Source of the DNA: Halapricum sp.
GTDB lineage: Archaea > Halobacteriota > Halobacteria > Halobacteriales > Haloarculaceae
Length of the DNA stretch: 45,973 nt
Direction of reading: 5' to 3'
NCBI GenBank assembly: GCA_048623335.1
Contig: JBMCBU010000001.1
Span: 1 to 45,973 of the forward strand
Below are positions 1-10,273 of the stretch, one piece after another (within the stretch, counting starts at the first letter, position 1; each line of letters begins with the position of its first letter). The translations under genes were made by a program, and so were the position numbers. The notes under the pieces were generated by a model, which made no database searches, had not been told where the DNA came from, and saw only the letters and a program-made list of their open reading frames with translations.

Positions 1-75
1 GATTCCTCTCGGGAAATCGATATTTATCACCCGATCGGGGGTGGGATTCGTCCGATCGGCTACGCGAATCACTAT
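1..75. mobile_element. MITE-like repeat family A, partial copy cut by the window edge
   Basis: Aligns with 10359-10432 (ctctcgggaa...atcacccgatcgg...gtgg...tccgatcggctacgc.aatc.ctat). Ends in a degenerate right TIR, ctacgcgaatcactat (60-75). Confidence 0.75.
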
Positions 76-252
76 CACTTCCAGCTCGATTATCAGGGGG
101 CAACAGTACAGCGATCGGAAGCCGAATTTCTCGAGATGCACCCGCTAAACGTGCTTGATCGGCGTCTCGACGAGTTCATTGGCAGTGCTCGACGCACTGA
201 CGTGGGAAGAAGGGATCCCATCGCTCCCGAACGAGGGCGTCCGATAAGATGG

Positions 253-1563
253 TCAGTCGATCACCAGCACCCGCAGGTCGTTGACGTTCGTTCCCGTCGG
301 TCCAGTCTCGATCAGCGCGTCGCGGTCTCCAAGCACCGATGCGGCGTCGTTCTCGACCAGCGCACGGCGGGCAGCCATCGGATCGTCGACGGTCTCGCTG
401 TCGACGATGGCCCCCGCGGTATCGGTCGCGCCGTCCGAGCCGTCGGTGTCGACGCTCGCACACACGACCCCATCAGGCAAGTCGATGCCCGCTCGCAGCG
501 CGAACTCGAGGTTCGGCCCGCCGTCGCCGTTTCCGAGGACGGTCACCGTCACTTCGCCACCCGAGAGGAGCACGGCTGGCGGCTCGACGGGGTTGCCGGT
601 CGCCAGACACTCCTCGGCGATGGCGACCTGGCTGAGCGCCGCTTCGGTGGCTTCGCCTCGGATCCGCGAGGAGAGGACGACCGACTCGTAGCCGGCGTCG
701 GCGGTCACGGCTTCGGCGGCCGAGAGTGCAGTCCACGCGTTCGCGAGGACGTGGTTGTCGACGTGTGGCAGGTCGTCGGCCGGCGTCTCGGCGTACTCCC
801 CGGCCACGCCGGCTTCCAGATGCGCGACGACCGGTCCCGAAGCGTCGACATCGTAGTGATCGAGGACGGCCAGTGCGTCCTCGTAGGTGGTCTCGTCAGG
901 GGCGGTCGGACCGGAGGCGATGGTCGCGGGGTCGTCGCCGACGACGTCCGAGAAGATCAATCCAACGACGCTCGCGGGCGCTGCCGCCTGTGCCAGCGCT
1001 CCACCCTTGATCGCCGAGAGGTGCTTGCGGACGGCGTTGATCTCTTCGATCGCCGCGCCGCTCTCGACGAGCGTCTCGGTGATCGCCTGCAGATCCGCCA
1101 GTCGCAGATCGCCCGCCGGCAAGGGTAACAGCGCGCTGCCACCGCCGGTGATCGCCACGAGCAACAGCGTCCGTTCGCCATGTTCGCGTGCTCGCTGCAT
1201 GATCTCGCGCGCTCCTTCCTGGGCCCGCTCGTCCGGCACGGGATGTGCGCCCTCGACGACCTCGACGGCGTCGGTCTCGACGGGATCGGTCGTGACGACC
1301 AGCCCGCGGTCGATCCGATCGTCGAGGACGTCTTCCAGTGCTCGCGCGACGACGTCGGCGGCCTTGCCGCCGCCCAGCAGGACGACCTCGTCGTACGCGG
1401 CGAGATCGTATCGACCGTCGCCGACCCGGAGCGTTCCGTCCTCGACGGCCACTTGCTCGGCGACGACACGCGCTGGCTGGGCGGCTTCGATCCCGGCCTC
1501 GATGCAGGACAGCGCGAGATCGCGTGCCGGCGTGCTCGCCAGCGAGTCACGGTTTCGGATCAT
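253..1563 (-). CDS. Glycerate 2-kinase (MOFRL/GckA family)
   Basis: Motifs GGGKAA, GAHPVPD, ITGGGSAL, INAVRKHLSAIKGG, SDVVGDD..IASGPT, GGEVTV, TDGSDG and TGPTGTNVNDL. ATG start placed at 1563. Confidence 0.92.
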   Translation of the reverse strand: MIRNRDSLASTPARDLALSCIEAGIEAAQPARVVAEQVAVEDGTLRVGDGRYDLAAYDEVVLLGGGKAADVVARALEDVLDDRIDRGLVVTTDPVETDAVEVVEGAHPVPDERAQEGAREIMQRAREHGERTLLLVAITGGGSALLPLPAGDLRLADLQAITETLVESGAAIEEINAVRKHLSAIKGGALAQAAAPASVVGLIFSDVVGDDPATIASGPTAPDETTYEDALAVLDHYDVDASGPVVAHLEAGVAGEYAETPADDLPHVDNHVLANAWTALSAAEAVTADAGYESVVLSSRIRGEATEAALSQVAIAEECLATGNPVEPPAVLLSGGEVTVTVLGNGDGGPNLEFALRAGIDLPDGVVCASVDTDGSDGATDTAGAIVDSETVDDPMAARRALVENDAASVLGDRDALIETGPTGTNVNDLRVLVID

Positions 1564-1576
1564 CGCCAGCACTCGA

Positions 1577-2407
1577 TCATCGCAGTGACGTCACCGTCCG
1601 GAGCAGTCCCCAGATCCGATCGCGCACGCGATCCGGGAGATACCGGGCGAGAGTGGCGGTCTTCGCGAGTCGACCGACTGGATAACGCGGATCAGGGTCG
1701 GTCACAGTCGCGGCATCCCGGATCGTCGCCGCCACCGCCTCGGGCGGCATACCGAAGGTGTCGCTGGCCTCGATCGCGGCGCGGTCGTCCTGGATCTCGT
1801 AGATCGTCTCGTAGGCCCCGGAGCGTTCCAGCCGGTCGCGGGAAGCCTCGACGCGCCGTTCGAACTCGGTCGCGACCGGGCCCGGCTCGACCAGCACGAC
1901 CTCGATACCGTACTGATCGACCTCGTTGCGAAGCGCGTCGCTCATGCCTTCGAGTGCGAACTTCGAGGCGCTGTAGGCCCCCTCGCCCGGCGTGGCGAGA
2001 AAGCCGGTGACGCTGGAGACGTTGACGATCCGCCCTTGCTCGCGGTGGCGCATGTGCGGCAGAACCGCCCGGATTAGTCGATGAGGGCCGTAGACGTTGA
2101 CGTCGAACTGCTCGCCGAGGGCGTCCGTCGGCACGTCTTCGAGCGGGCCGAACTGGGCTGTCCCCGCGTTGTTGACCAGACAGTCGATCCGTCCCTGTTC
2201 GTCGATGATTCTGTCGACGACGCGTTCGACCTCGCGAGCGTCCGTGACATCGAGCTCGGCGGTCTCACAGCCGGCCTCGGACAGGGCTGTGAGATCCGCG
2301 TGGTCGCGAGCGGTCGCGTAGACTGTCCACTCATCGTCGAGAAACGCCTCGGCGGTCGCACGCCCGATTCCCGAGGAAGAACCCGTGATCAGCACCGTCT
2401 TTGCCAT
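1577..2407 (-). CDS. Short-chain dehydrogenase/reductase
   Basis: TGSSSGIG Rossmann motif, NNAG, and catalytic YSASK. Confidence 0.93.
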   Translation of the reverse strand: MAKTVLITGSSSGIGRATAEAFLDDEWTVYATARDHADLTALSEAGCETAELDVTDAREVERVVDRIIDEQGRIDCLVNNAGTAQFGPLEDVPTDALGEQFDVNVYGPHRLIRAVLPHMRHREQGRIVNVSSVTGFLATPGEGAYSASKFALEGMSDALRNEVDQYGIEVVLVEPGPVATEFERRVEASRDRLERSGAYETIYEIQDDRAAIEASDTFGMPPEAVAATIRDAATVTDPDPRYPVGRLAKTATLARYLPDRVRDRIWGLLRTVTSLR

Positions 2408-2549
2408 ACGCTATCCCTCGAAGCGCTGGCAAGTAAGACCGTCGGCTCGTGTGGGCACTCGAAGCCGTGCGCGTTTGGCAGATCGCCGAATATACTGACG
2501 CCTCGCCGAAAGCAATGGTCTTACTTCGGTTCGCACCGCTATCGACAGT

Positions 2550-3629
2550 ATGGGTCGTCAGACGCCACTCTATCAGCGCCACGTCGACCGAGACGCGAGC
2601 TTCACCGACTTCGGGGGGTGGGAGATGCCGGTCGAGTTCGATTCGATCCGAACCGAACACGAGGCCGTTCGCGAGTCGGTCGGAAAGTTCGACGTCTCGC
2701 ATATGGGGCAGATCGAGATCACCGGATCGGACGCGAGGACGCTCGTCCAGCGACTCACTACTAACGACGTAACCGCGCTCGACCCCGGGGAGGCACAGTA
2801 CGCCGCGATCACTGACGAGAGCGGGATCATGCTCGAGGATACGGTCGTCTACCGCCTCCCAGACGGCGAGACGTACCTGTTCGTGCCGAACGCCGGCAAC
2901 GACGAGGCGATGGCCGAGCGGAGTCGGTGGCTCAGATCGGAGTTCGGCCTCGACGCCGAAATCGCCACCACGACCGAACAGTGGGCGATGATCGCGATCC
3001 AGGGTCCCGACGCGCCCGCTCAATTCGAGGCAGTGACCGACACGTCTTACACGCTCGAGCGGTTCGAAATCGAACGCATCGAGGTTGCCGGCGCGGACAC
3101 CCTCGTCGCGGCCACTGGCTACACCGGCGAGGAGGGGTTCGAAATTCTGGTCCCGCGGGCGGACGCGACCGCCGTTTGGGATGCCGTCGACGTCCAGCCG
3201 TGTGGGCTCGGGGCCAGAGACACCTTGCGCTTGGAGATGGGGTTTCTGCTCTCGGGCCAGGACTTCGATCCCGGAGACGAGCCCCGAACGCCCTACGAGG
3301 CGGGGATCGGGTTCGTGGTCAAACTCGACACGGAGTTTATCGGCCGCGACGCGCTCGAAGGGGTCGCCGCGGAGGGTCCCGAATCGAAACTCCGGGGTGT
3401 ACAACTGATCGACCGGGGCGTCCCGCGTCACGGCCAGACCGTGACAACGCTCGACGGCGACGAGATCGGCCACGTCACCAGCGGGACGATGAGTCCGACG
3501 CTCGACGAACCGGTCGGGCTGGCGTACATCGAAAGCGATCACGCCAACCCGGGCACCGTCGTCCGCGTGGTGGTCAGGGGCAAACCGAAGAAGGCACGTA
3601 TCAGGACGACCCCGTTTCTAGATAGATGA
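2550..3629 (+). CDS. gcvT: Glycine cleavage system aminomethyltransferase T
   Basis: TPLY...[38 protein letters not shown] and GHVTSG. Confidence 0.95.
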   Translation: MGRQTPLYQRHVDRDASFTDFGGWEMPVEFDSIRTEHEAVRESVGKFDVSHMGQIEITGSDARTLVQRLTTNDVTALDPGEAQYAAITDESGIMLEDTVVYRLPDGETYLFVPNAGNDEAMAERSRWLRSEFGLDAEIATTTEQWAMIAIQGPDAPAQFEAVTDTSYTLERFEIERIEVAGADTLVAATGYTGEEGFEILVPRADATAVWDAVDVQPCGLGARDTLRLEMGFLLSGQDFDPGDEPRTPYEAGIGFVVKLDTEFIGRDALEGVAAEGPESKLRGVQLIDRGVPRHGQTVTTLDGDEIGHVTSGTMSPTLDEPVGLAYIESDHANPGTVVRVVVRGKPKKARIRTTPFLDR

Positions 3630-4012
3630 GCTTCGACATCCCCGAGGAGTTGCAGTATCTCGACTCCCACGAGTGGCTCCGCACGACCGACGACACCGCA
3701 CGCATCGGCATCTCGGATATCGCACAGGACGAACTCGGCGACATCGTCTTCGTCGAGTTGCCCGAGGAAGGTGCGGCGGTCGACGCCGGTGCGGACTTCG
3801 CCGTCGTCGAGAGCATCAAGGCCGTCTCAGACGTCTACGCGCCGGTCTCCGGCGAGGTGACGGCGGTCAACGATGGTTTGCTCGACCAGCCCGAACTGAT
3901 CAACGAAGATCCGTACGGCGACGGCTGGCTCGTCGAGATCGACCTGGCCGATTCCGACGAACTCGACGGGCTTCTCGACGCCGAGGCGTACGCCGAAACC
4001 ATCGAAACGTGA
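3626..4012 (+). CDS. gcvH: Glycine cleavage system H protein
   Basis: SHEW, lipoyl-lysine motif [18 protein letters not shown], and [14 protein letters not shown] overlap with gcvT. Confidence 0.96.
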   Translation: MSFDIPEELQYLDSHEWLRTTDDTARIGISDIAQDELGDIVFVELPEEGAAVDAGADFAVVESIKAVSDVYAPVSGEVTAVNDGLLDQPELINEDPYGDGWLVEIDLADSDELDGLLDAEAYAETIET

Positions 4013-4122
4013 CAGGGCCACACGCCGCACGCCGGCGGTTCGTCTCTTGACCGTTTCCCGCGCCAGACGTGCGAGCGTCTGACAAACGATTAAGTACGAG
4101 GAGTCGGGATATTCACACATCC

Positions 4123-4545
4123 ATGGGCAACAAGAACAAGACGATCTCCTTTCGGGTCAGCCAGGAGAAATTCGAGACGCTCCGTGACATCGCCGAGGAG
4201 CGCGATATCTCGCTGTCGGCGGTCTTCCGGGATTACGTCGACATGCTCGTCGCCCACGACGGCCAGGTGAAAGTCGTCCCGGAACACGAACTCAACGAGG
4301 AGAAAAGCGACAGTCAGAGCTTCCCGCCGAAGATCGAAGTTCCCAAGAGCTTCGTCCGCGAGCACGAACGACTCGAACTCGAGGCCGACCACCTCCGGGA
4401 GCAACTGGAAGAGTACAAACGGTACGCGACCGAACTCCGACAGCGACTCGACGAGAACGACCAGGAAGACGTCGTCTTGCTGGACGAACTCGACGGCGAC
4501 GAGGAGGATAAACCCTATCGGATCGGCGACTTCGAAGACCTGTAG
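4123..4545 (+). CDS. CopG/ribbon-helix-helix transcriptional regulator with C-terminal coiled coil
   Basis: KTISFRV beta ribbon followed by two helices (LRDIAEERDISLSAVFRDY) and a coiled-coil tail. TATA-like gattaagta about 30 nt upstream of ATG 4123. Confidence 0.8.
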   Translation: MGNKNKTISFRVSQEKFETLRDIAEERDISLSAVFRDYVDMLVAHDGQVKVVPEHELNEEKSDSQSFPPKIEVPKSFVREHERLELEADHLREQLEEYKRYATELRQRLDENDQEDVVLLDELDGDEEDKPYRIGDFEDL

Positions 4546-4666
4546 CTGAGTACACTTATAATTCGTAGCAAGGAGTTCGTCTGATCCGCCGACGTCGCAA
4601 CGCGGGAGGAATGAAGCGCGCGACGAGCGACACGCGGCTGCCCATGTCGACGCGCGCCGATCCGGA

Positions 4667-5338
4667 CTACGTTCGAGTGGATTCGACGATGTCGACGCCG
4701 GCGGAAGCACCGATTCGCGTCGCACCGGCCTCGACCATCTCCAGGGCTTCTTCAAAGGAGTGGATCCCGCCGGACGCTTTCACGCCTACGTCGGGACCGA
4801 TCGCCTCCCGGATCGCGCGGACCTCGGCGGGGTCACAGCCCCCCTCGTAACCCACTGCGGTCTTGACGAAGTCCGCACCGCCAGCTGCAACGAGTTCGGC
4901 GGCGGTCCGGATCTCGGCCGTCGAGAGGGTTGGCGACTCGATAATGCACTTCAGGGTCTTCTCGCCGACCGCCTCTGTTATCGCCCTGACGTCCTCGACG
5001 ACGTGTTCGTGGTCGTCGTTGGCGAAGGCAGTCCGGTTCATCACCATGTCCAGTTCGTCGGCGTGGTCCGAAAGCGCCTCCACTTCGGCCCGTTTTGCCC
5101 GCGTGTTCTGCACGCCGTACGGGAACCCGACCACGACGACGACGTTGGCCGCGTCGCCGACCAGTTCCGCCGCGAGTTCCGCGTGATAGGGTACCACGAC
5201 GGCCGAACAGAAGCCGTACTCGCGGACCTCCCGACAGAGTTCGTGGACGTCCGCTTCGGTCGCATCCGGTTCGACGTTCGTGTGATCGATGAGTGATGCG
5301 ACCTGCCCCGGATCAGCGCGTAGCTCGTCGGCGTCCAT
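4667..5338 (-). CDS. deoC: Deoxyribose-phosphate aldolase
   Basis: LIDHT, VVGFPYG, ADELDMV, KCIIES, ADFVKT, VKASGGI and GATRIGAS. Confidence 0.92.
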   Translation of the reverse strand: MDADELRADPGQVASLIDHTNVEPDATEADVHELCREVREYGFCSAVVVPYHAELAAELVGDAANVVVVVGFPYGVQNTRAKRAEVEALSDHADELDMVMNRTAFANDDHEHVVEDVRAITEAVGEKTLKCIIESPTLSTAEIRTAAELVAAGGADFVKTAVGYEGGCDPAEVRAIREAIGPDVGVKASGGIHSFEEALEMVEAGATRIGASAGVDIVESTRT

Positions 5339-5388
5339 GCGAATACAGTTCGTTTGCCTCGACCTTCGCTGTTTCGGGACCTGGAGCG

Positions 5389-5841
5389 TCACCGGAGCCG
5401 CTTTCGGGACTGTCGAGCTGCCTCGGCCGAATCGGGTTGCCCATCCACGTCAGCCAGTGTCTCGATCGCTTCGAGCTGTCTGATCGAATCGTCCAGAAAC
5501 GACCGGATGTCCCCCGGATAGGCATAGACCATGTACTCGTCGCTCATCACGTCGACCATCGCCTGGGGGCCGAGACCGGTCTCGCGCAGTTCCAGCAGGT
5601 AGGCGATGAACTTCCGTTCGGGATGGCCACAGTGCGGTGCCGCTTCACAGTCACAGTCCAGGAAGTCCTCGGCGAAATCGAGCACCCGATCACGGGTGGT
5701 GTCGTCGAGTTTCGCCAGGTTCTCTCCCTGAAAGAGTAGATCCAGCGTCGCACCCGAGAACGCCCCTTTCGGGAAGTTCGTCTCCATCTGTGAGGCGAGT
5801 TGTCGGTGATTCTTGACGTAGATCTTGTCCGTGATGGCCAC
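5389..5841 (-). CDS. Conserved haloarchaeal protein (DUF5814-like) with a Cys/His cluster
   Basis: GTG start (VAITDKIY...), acidic composition, motif [16 protein letters not shown] and YAYPGD. Confidence 0.7.
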   Translation of the reverse strand: MAITDKIYVKNHRQLASQMETNFPKGAFSGATLDLLFQGENLAKLDDTTRDRVLDFAEDFLDCDCEAAPHCGHPERKFIAYLLELRETGLGPQAMVDVMSDEYMVYAYPGDIRSFLDDSIRQLEAIETLADVDGQPDSAEAARQSRKRLR

Positions 5842-5947
5842 GCGTGGCCGTTTGTTGGTCGCCAGCGAGGATAAACGTCTCGAACACCCGCCGGTGTCGT
5901 CACCGACGACCGGAACCCTCAACACGCCCCGACTCGCCGTGTTCAGC

Positions 5948-7087
5948 ATGGAGGTCACCGAGAAAATCGGACCCGTTCGCGCGTGGCTCGCGACGTTCGT
6001 CGCCAGCGTCGGCGCCCTCGTCGGCGGCTCGCTGCTCGCCCCGCGGCAGGTCTACGATGGGTTCATTTGGCAGTACTTCTGGGGACCAGTGTACGCCGAC
6101 GCGCACAACGCACAGTGTGCAGTCAACGACGGCGGTTCGGTCTCGATTCCGGAGAGCTGTGCCGGCGCGACCGATCAGGGGCTGATCGTCGCCGAACCCG
6201 GTTACACGATCGTCTCCGAAGTCGGGTACATGATCGTCATGCTGTTTTTCCTGGTCGGCATCTGGTTGTTGCTCAAGCGACTGCACCTGGGTCGCAACCG
6301 AAACCTGTTCTTCGGGCTGGTGCCGTTCATGTTGTTCGGTGGGGCCCTCCGGGTCGTCGAAGACGCAAACAACTGGCTCGCGGCACCCGAACACGGCGGC
6401 GAGCAGATCATCGGATACCCGCTGAACACGCTGTTTATCAGTCCACTGATCTACTTCACCGTCTTTTTCCTCACGCTCGCCGCGTTGCTCGCCAGCGTCT
6501 GGCTGTCCCGCAACGACTTCGTCGACTCGTATCCGACGGCTCTCGGGGCGATCGGAACGGCCCTGTTCGTCGTGACGTTTTCCGGGCTCGTCGTCGTCTC
6601 GATCCTCGAAGAGTCGGTCGAACAGTACCCCGCGTTCTTGCTGGTGACCGTCGGGCTGGCCACCGGGGTCGCCTACGCTCTGTATTGGCTCGCGGACCGG
6701 TTCGCCCCCGAGATCAACAGCGGGACCGGCTCTATCGGACTGGTCGTCCTCTGGGCGCACGCTATCGACGGCGTCGCGAACGTGCTCGCCTCTGACTGGT
6801 GGGACACCTTCGGGCTCCCCTTCCAGTACGTTCCCAAACACCCGGCCAACGAGATTATCATCTCGACGACAGAGACGGTGTTCCCGGCGTCAGTGACCAG
6901 CGTCATCGGCACGTCCTGGCCGTTCCTGTTGATCAAGATGGTCGTTGCGCTGGCTATCGTCTGGCTGTTCAACGACGAGTTCATCGACGAGAATCCACGG
7001 TATGCGATCGTCCTGCTGATGGCGATCGCCGCCGTCGGACTCGGGCCTGGGACGCGGGACATGATCCGTGCGACGTTCGGGATCTAG
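5948..7087 (+). CDS. DUF63-family multi-pass membrane protein
   Basis: Many hydrophobic segments, plus [30 protein letters not shown] and GLGPGTRD. Confidence 0.8.
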   Translation: MEVTEKIGPVRAWLATFVASVGALVGGSLLAPRQVYDGFIWQYFWGPVYADAHNAQCAVNDGGSVSIPESCAGATDQGLIVAEPGYTIVSEVGYMIVMLFFLVGIWLLLKRLHLGRNRNLFFGLVPFMLFGGALRVVEDANNWLAAPEHGGEQIIGYPLNTLFISPLIYFTVFFLTLAALLASVWLSRNDFVDSYPTALGAIGTALFVVTFSGLVVVSILEESVEQYPAFLLVTVGLATGVAYALYWLADRFAPEINSGTGSIGLVVLWAHAIDGVANVLASDWWDTFGLPFQYVPKHPANEIIISTTETVFPASVTSVIGTSWPFLLIKMVVALAIVWLFNDEFIDENPRYAIVLLMAIAAVGLGPGTRDMIRATFGI

Positions 7088-7099
7088 GCTTTCGGCTCG

Positions 7100-8806
7100 C
7101 TAGGGGAAGGGGTGATGTTCTCGGTCGAGGCGCGGTTCGAAGCCGAGCGACTCCGGGACGGTCGTGGCGCGCTCGCCGAAATACGCGTCGTCGAAGAAAA
7201 GCGGCTGTGCGCCCGGTACGAGCACGCGCACGGCTTCGAAACCGATCGATGCGACGTCGCGGGTCGTGATCCGGGTCGCGTACGCGTCGAGATCGGCCTC
7301 CGCGAGTCGGTCGAGGACCAGTTGGAGTTCGTCTTCCCCCGTCAGTAGTTCGGCCGGCCCCACGTCCGAGGCGGGCACCGATCGGTCGACGTCGATAAAC
7401 GCCCGAATTTCCTCGGGGAAGTCGGCGTACCAGCCGATCGCACCGCTCGCCGCTGCCGCTTGTTCGCGACCCATGCCGCTGAGTTCGAGCCAGTTCTGGA
7501 CGGCCTCCGCGAGTGCCGACCGGGCGGCCGCCTCGGCATCGATATCCGCGGCCGATCCGAGCGCGAACCGCGGCCACTCCGTCTCCCGATGGACGGCCAC
7601 GGCGACGACCGGCACGTCGATGTCCTGGGTCATCAAAAGCGGTGTCACCGACAGGTCCTCAGAGCGGGCGCGAGCTGACAGTTCGCCGAACCGCTCGTCA
7701 CTCACCCGCAGTCCCAGCGGTTCGAACGTGGAGTACCACGACAGCATCGCAGCGTCGCGCTCGACGATCTCGTACAGTCCTGCCAGTAATGCCCCGACCG
7801 TCGAGCGTTCGAGGCCGAGACCGGTCGTGATCGCCGGGCGGATGTCCCGTTCGTGTGGCGGATAGTAGACGAGTTCCGCCGGGAGCCAGGCGTCGTCGCC
7901 GCTCTGTAAGCGCTCGCCTGGCACCCACTGGCGTCGCGCGCCGTCGTCCGGCGTGTCGGGCGAGACGAAAAGCGACGGCGTGACTGCACCGTCGAGTTCG
8001 GCCGCCGTGGCCGCGGTGAACTCCTCGCGCCGGTAGACACCGGCGCAGTACCGTTCGAGTCCTTCCCCGACCGCCTTCATCAGCGCTTCGTTCCAGTCGT
8101 CGGAGACACCTGCGGCGTCCTGGTTGGCCGTCGCGTCGCTGAACCCGCTCGTGTCACAGACGTGTGCCAGGTAGTACGGAGCGGGATACGACTCGGCTTC
8201 GCCGACCTCGGTGACGATCCCCGTTCGCTCGTCGATCGCCTGCTCTGCCAGCTCGAGGGTCGATTCGAGATCACTCTCAACCACATCGCGTCCGACCTCC
8301 GGATGCGGGTCCGAGCCACACTCACAGCCGGGAAGTTCGAGCAGCGGATGTATCGCTCGTGGAATCGTCCGAACCTGTCCGAACAGTGGCGAGTCACCTC
8401 CGGTCACCGCCGTCGCCGCGGCGCGGCCCGCAATCGCGCCCGCGAACCGTTGGATCGGGACGGCGGGTGGGGCACTGGGCCGCGTGTCCGGATCGACAGT
8501 TGCCCCGACCCGACCCTGGAGACAGACATAGCATCCGCTGTCCGGATCGAACCCCGAAACCGCGGCGTCGACGACTGGGTAGCCGCCGATCCCCCCGAGT
8601 TCGACCGCGATCCACGGCGTGTTCGATTCGATCGCGTGGCTGTTCGCCCGTTCGAACACCCGATCACCCGCGATCGCGACGACGACACCGAGCTGTTCAC
8701 GTCCGAGCGCTGATGGATCGGTCTGAGTTACGGAGACGTCCACGTCGGCAACCGCGGCAGTTACGGCCTCGGCCGCCGGTCCCGATCCGACGAGACCTAC
8801 AGTCAT
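7100..8806 (-). CDS. YcaO-family cyclodehydratase fused to an N-terminal degenerate E1/ThiF-like domain
   Basis: YcaO ATP/Mg motifs KAVGEGLERY, TTGLG and LYEIVERDA. Pro-rich C-terminus EHHPFP. N-terminal GLVGSGP, PWIAVE, CYVCL..R and CEC. Confidence 0.88.
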   Translation of the reverse strand: MTVGLVGSGPAAEAVTAAVADVDVSVTQTDPSALGREQLGVVVAIAGDRVFERANSHAIESNTPWIAVELGGIGGYPVVDAAVSGFDPDSGCYVCLQGRVGATVDPDTRPSAPPAVPIQRFAGAIAGRAAATAVTGGDSPLFGQVRTIPRAIHPLLELPGCECGSDPHPEVGRDVVESDLESTLELAEQAIDERTGIVTEVGEAESYPAPYYLAHVCDTSGFSDATANQDAAGVSDDWNEALMKAVGEGLERYCAGVYRREEFTAATAAELDGAVTPSLFVSPDTPDDGARRQWVPGERLQSGDDAWLPAELVYYPPHERDIRPAITTGLGLERSTVGALLAGLYEIVERDAAMLSWYSTFEPLGLRVSDERFGELSARARSEDLSVTPLLMTQDIDVPVVAVAVHRETEWPRFALGSAADIDAEAAARSALAEAVQNWLELSGMGREQAAAASGAIGWYADFPEEIRAFIDVDRSVPASDVGPAELLTGEDELQLVLDRLAEADLDAYATRITTRDVASIGFEAVRVLVPGAQPLFFDDAYFGERATTVPESLGFEPRLDREHHPFP

Positions 8807-8886
8807 TACTGGGTGTCCAGACGCGGGCCGAAGGAAAAAACCCCGCGGCGTCGGTTCGCGTCGATCTCGCCCTCAGGAGGTGGCCG

Positions 8887-9708
8887 TCACTCTGCCTGAA
8901 GCAGATTCTGGGCGACGCTCGCCAGTTCGTCCGCACTGGCCTCGATGAGTTCGTCTGCGCCGAACTTCAGGCGGAGTCGTGGCCGTCCGACGTCGATCGG
9001 GACCTTCTCGGTGTCGATCAGTCCCTGGTCTTCGAGTTGTGTCTTCGTCCGCGAGAACGTGGCCTTGCTCGCGAGGCCGATGTCCTCGCCCCACTTGCTG
9101 ATGTCGTACAGCAGTTCGCCGTTCTTCGCGGCGACCAGTAGACTGATCGTCACTTCGTCGAGCCCGTCTCCGTTTCCTCGGGCTGTCTCGAGCGAATCGA
9201 GCACGTCGTTGAAATCGGCCACGACGTCTTCGCCGATGTCCCGTTCGAGCGTCTCCCGGACCCGCGAGATGGGGGGTGTCCGAAGCTTGAACCGCTTTGC
9301 GACCTCCCACTCACTGGTGTAATGATCGTATGCGTCCGTCACGAACGCTTCGTCCGTCGTCGCCAGGCCGGCGACCATCTCGTCCGCCGTGGCCAGTGAG
9401 ACGACAGAACCCCTCGAGACCAGCAGCGAGTTGACCGGTGGATCTTCGAGCACACGCAACGTGAGGGTATCCGCTTCGATCAGGTCGGCTGCGGCACTCG
9501 CGACGAGGAAATCGTCCATGACGTCTTTGAGTGTCCGTTCCTCTGCGAGCACGTTGACGACCGGTGTGTCGTCTAGCCCCCCCATCGACGAGACGAGCGC
9601 ACGGACTGTCTCGTGAGAGGGATTGACCACGACCAGGTCGTCAACGTCTGCAAGTGTGGTTTCGAGTATGCTTTCAACGTCCGACTCGAGGAGGTTTTGG
9701 CTGACCAT
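8887..9708 (-). CDS. tbsP: Transcriptional regulator TbsP (DUF5821-like)
   Basis: C-terminal wHTH LLYDISKWGEDIGLASKATFSRTKT.LED.GLIDTEKVPIDVGRPRLRL, characteristic of the haloarchaeal TbsP family. Confidence 0.75.
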   Translation of the reverse strand: MVSQNLLESDVESILETTLADVDDLVVVNPSHETVRALVSSMGGLDDTPVVNVLAEERTLKDVMDDFLVASAAADLIEADTLTLRVLEDPPVNSLLVSRGSVVSLATADEMVAGLATTDEAFVTDAYDHYTSEWEVAKRFKLRTPPISRVRETLERDIGEDVVADFNDVLDSLETARGNGDGLDEVTISLLVAAKNGELLYDISKWGEDIGLASKATFSRTKTQLEDQGLIDTEKVPIDVGRPRLRLKFGADELIEASADELASVAQNLLQAE

Positions 9709-9905
9709 ATCGTATTACTATGTATTTCATCCGTGCATTTAATTGTATCGGTACGATTAGATTTATTTCAATAAAATATAAGGACAACGAAGATTCGAGT
9801 TACAGGACGTATATCCGCATCCCTCTTGAAACCCACGAAAGTGGATAAATACTACCCATCAACTCTTCATTCAGTAGTTTATTGTGTTATAAATAGTGAT
9901 AGATA
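9709..9905. promoter_or_regulatory. AT-rich regulatory region upstream of tbsP
   Basis: Strongly AT-rich relative to the flanks. Minus-strand attaaa TATA-like element at ~9738-9743, about 30 nt upstream of the tbsP ATG. Confidence 0.6.
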
Positions 9906-10007
9906 ACGGCGGTTGCTGTCGGTTCCTTCCGGATCGACCACGCCATAGAGAGTGCTCACAGCGGTCGCTGTGAGATGCCTGGTGTCCTAGGATCGGACAC
10001 ACCGGGA

Positions 10008-10273
10008 CAAAATAGGGTCGTGCGTCGTGAGCGCGACCACACAACCCCTTCGGTGCCCGGCTGCAGGCCCCCTGCTATCGGGGTAACAGTTCCGGCTGAT
10101 TCGCCACGATCCCGTGCTGGTGTCGGTAGCGTGCTATCGCGACAGCCGGCGGAAGTTGGTCAGCCAGACGCCCCCTCCGGCTTGAGGTTCTGTGAGTCGC
10201 ATCTCTCCTCGAGTTCGCGGACGGATCGCTCGTTCGCACAGTACTGTCACCCCCCAGGTGACCATGCGTTTGC
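10008..10273 (-). ncRNA. Candidate large structured non-coding RNA of unknown class
   Basis: Minus-strand TATA (aaatataag, 10301-10293). Long-range helix 10243-10267/10063-10090 of ~22 bp and helix 10160-10168/10091-10099 of 9 bp, both with G-U pairs that form only on the minus strand. Several hairpins, and a 3' hairpin followed by a U-tract at ~10009-10012. Confidence 0.6.

Noticed and set aside
136-1128. Long antisense or alternative-frame ORFs (also 2331-3542, 26290-27681, 35807-37531, 41542-43446 and others)
   Set aside because: Shadow ORFs of GC-rich genes that overlap well-supported CDSs on the other strand or frame, with Arg/Val/Ser-rich composition.
10134-10265. 43-aa minus-strand ORF (MVTWGVTVLCERAIRP...) just after the predicted start site
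   Set aside because: Arg-rich and atypical for a halophile, with its start codon buried in the long helix. Not listed as a CDS, although not formally excluded.
10008-10273. Possible SRP RNA or RNase P RNA
   Set aside because: No SRP helix-8 motif (CAGG..GGAA..AGCA), and no RNase P GAGGAAAGUCC / 3' ACAGAA...GCUUA in the required arrangement.
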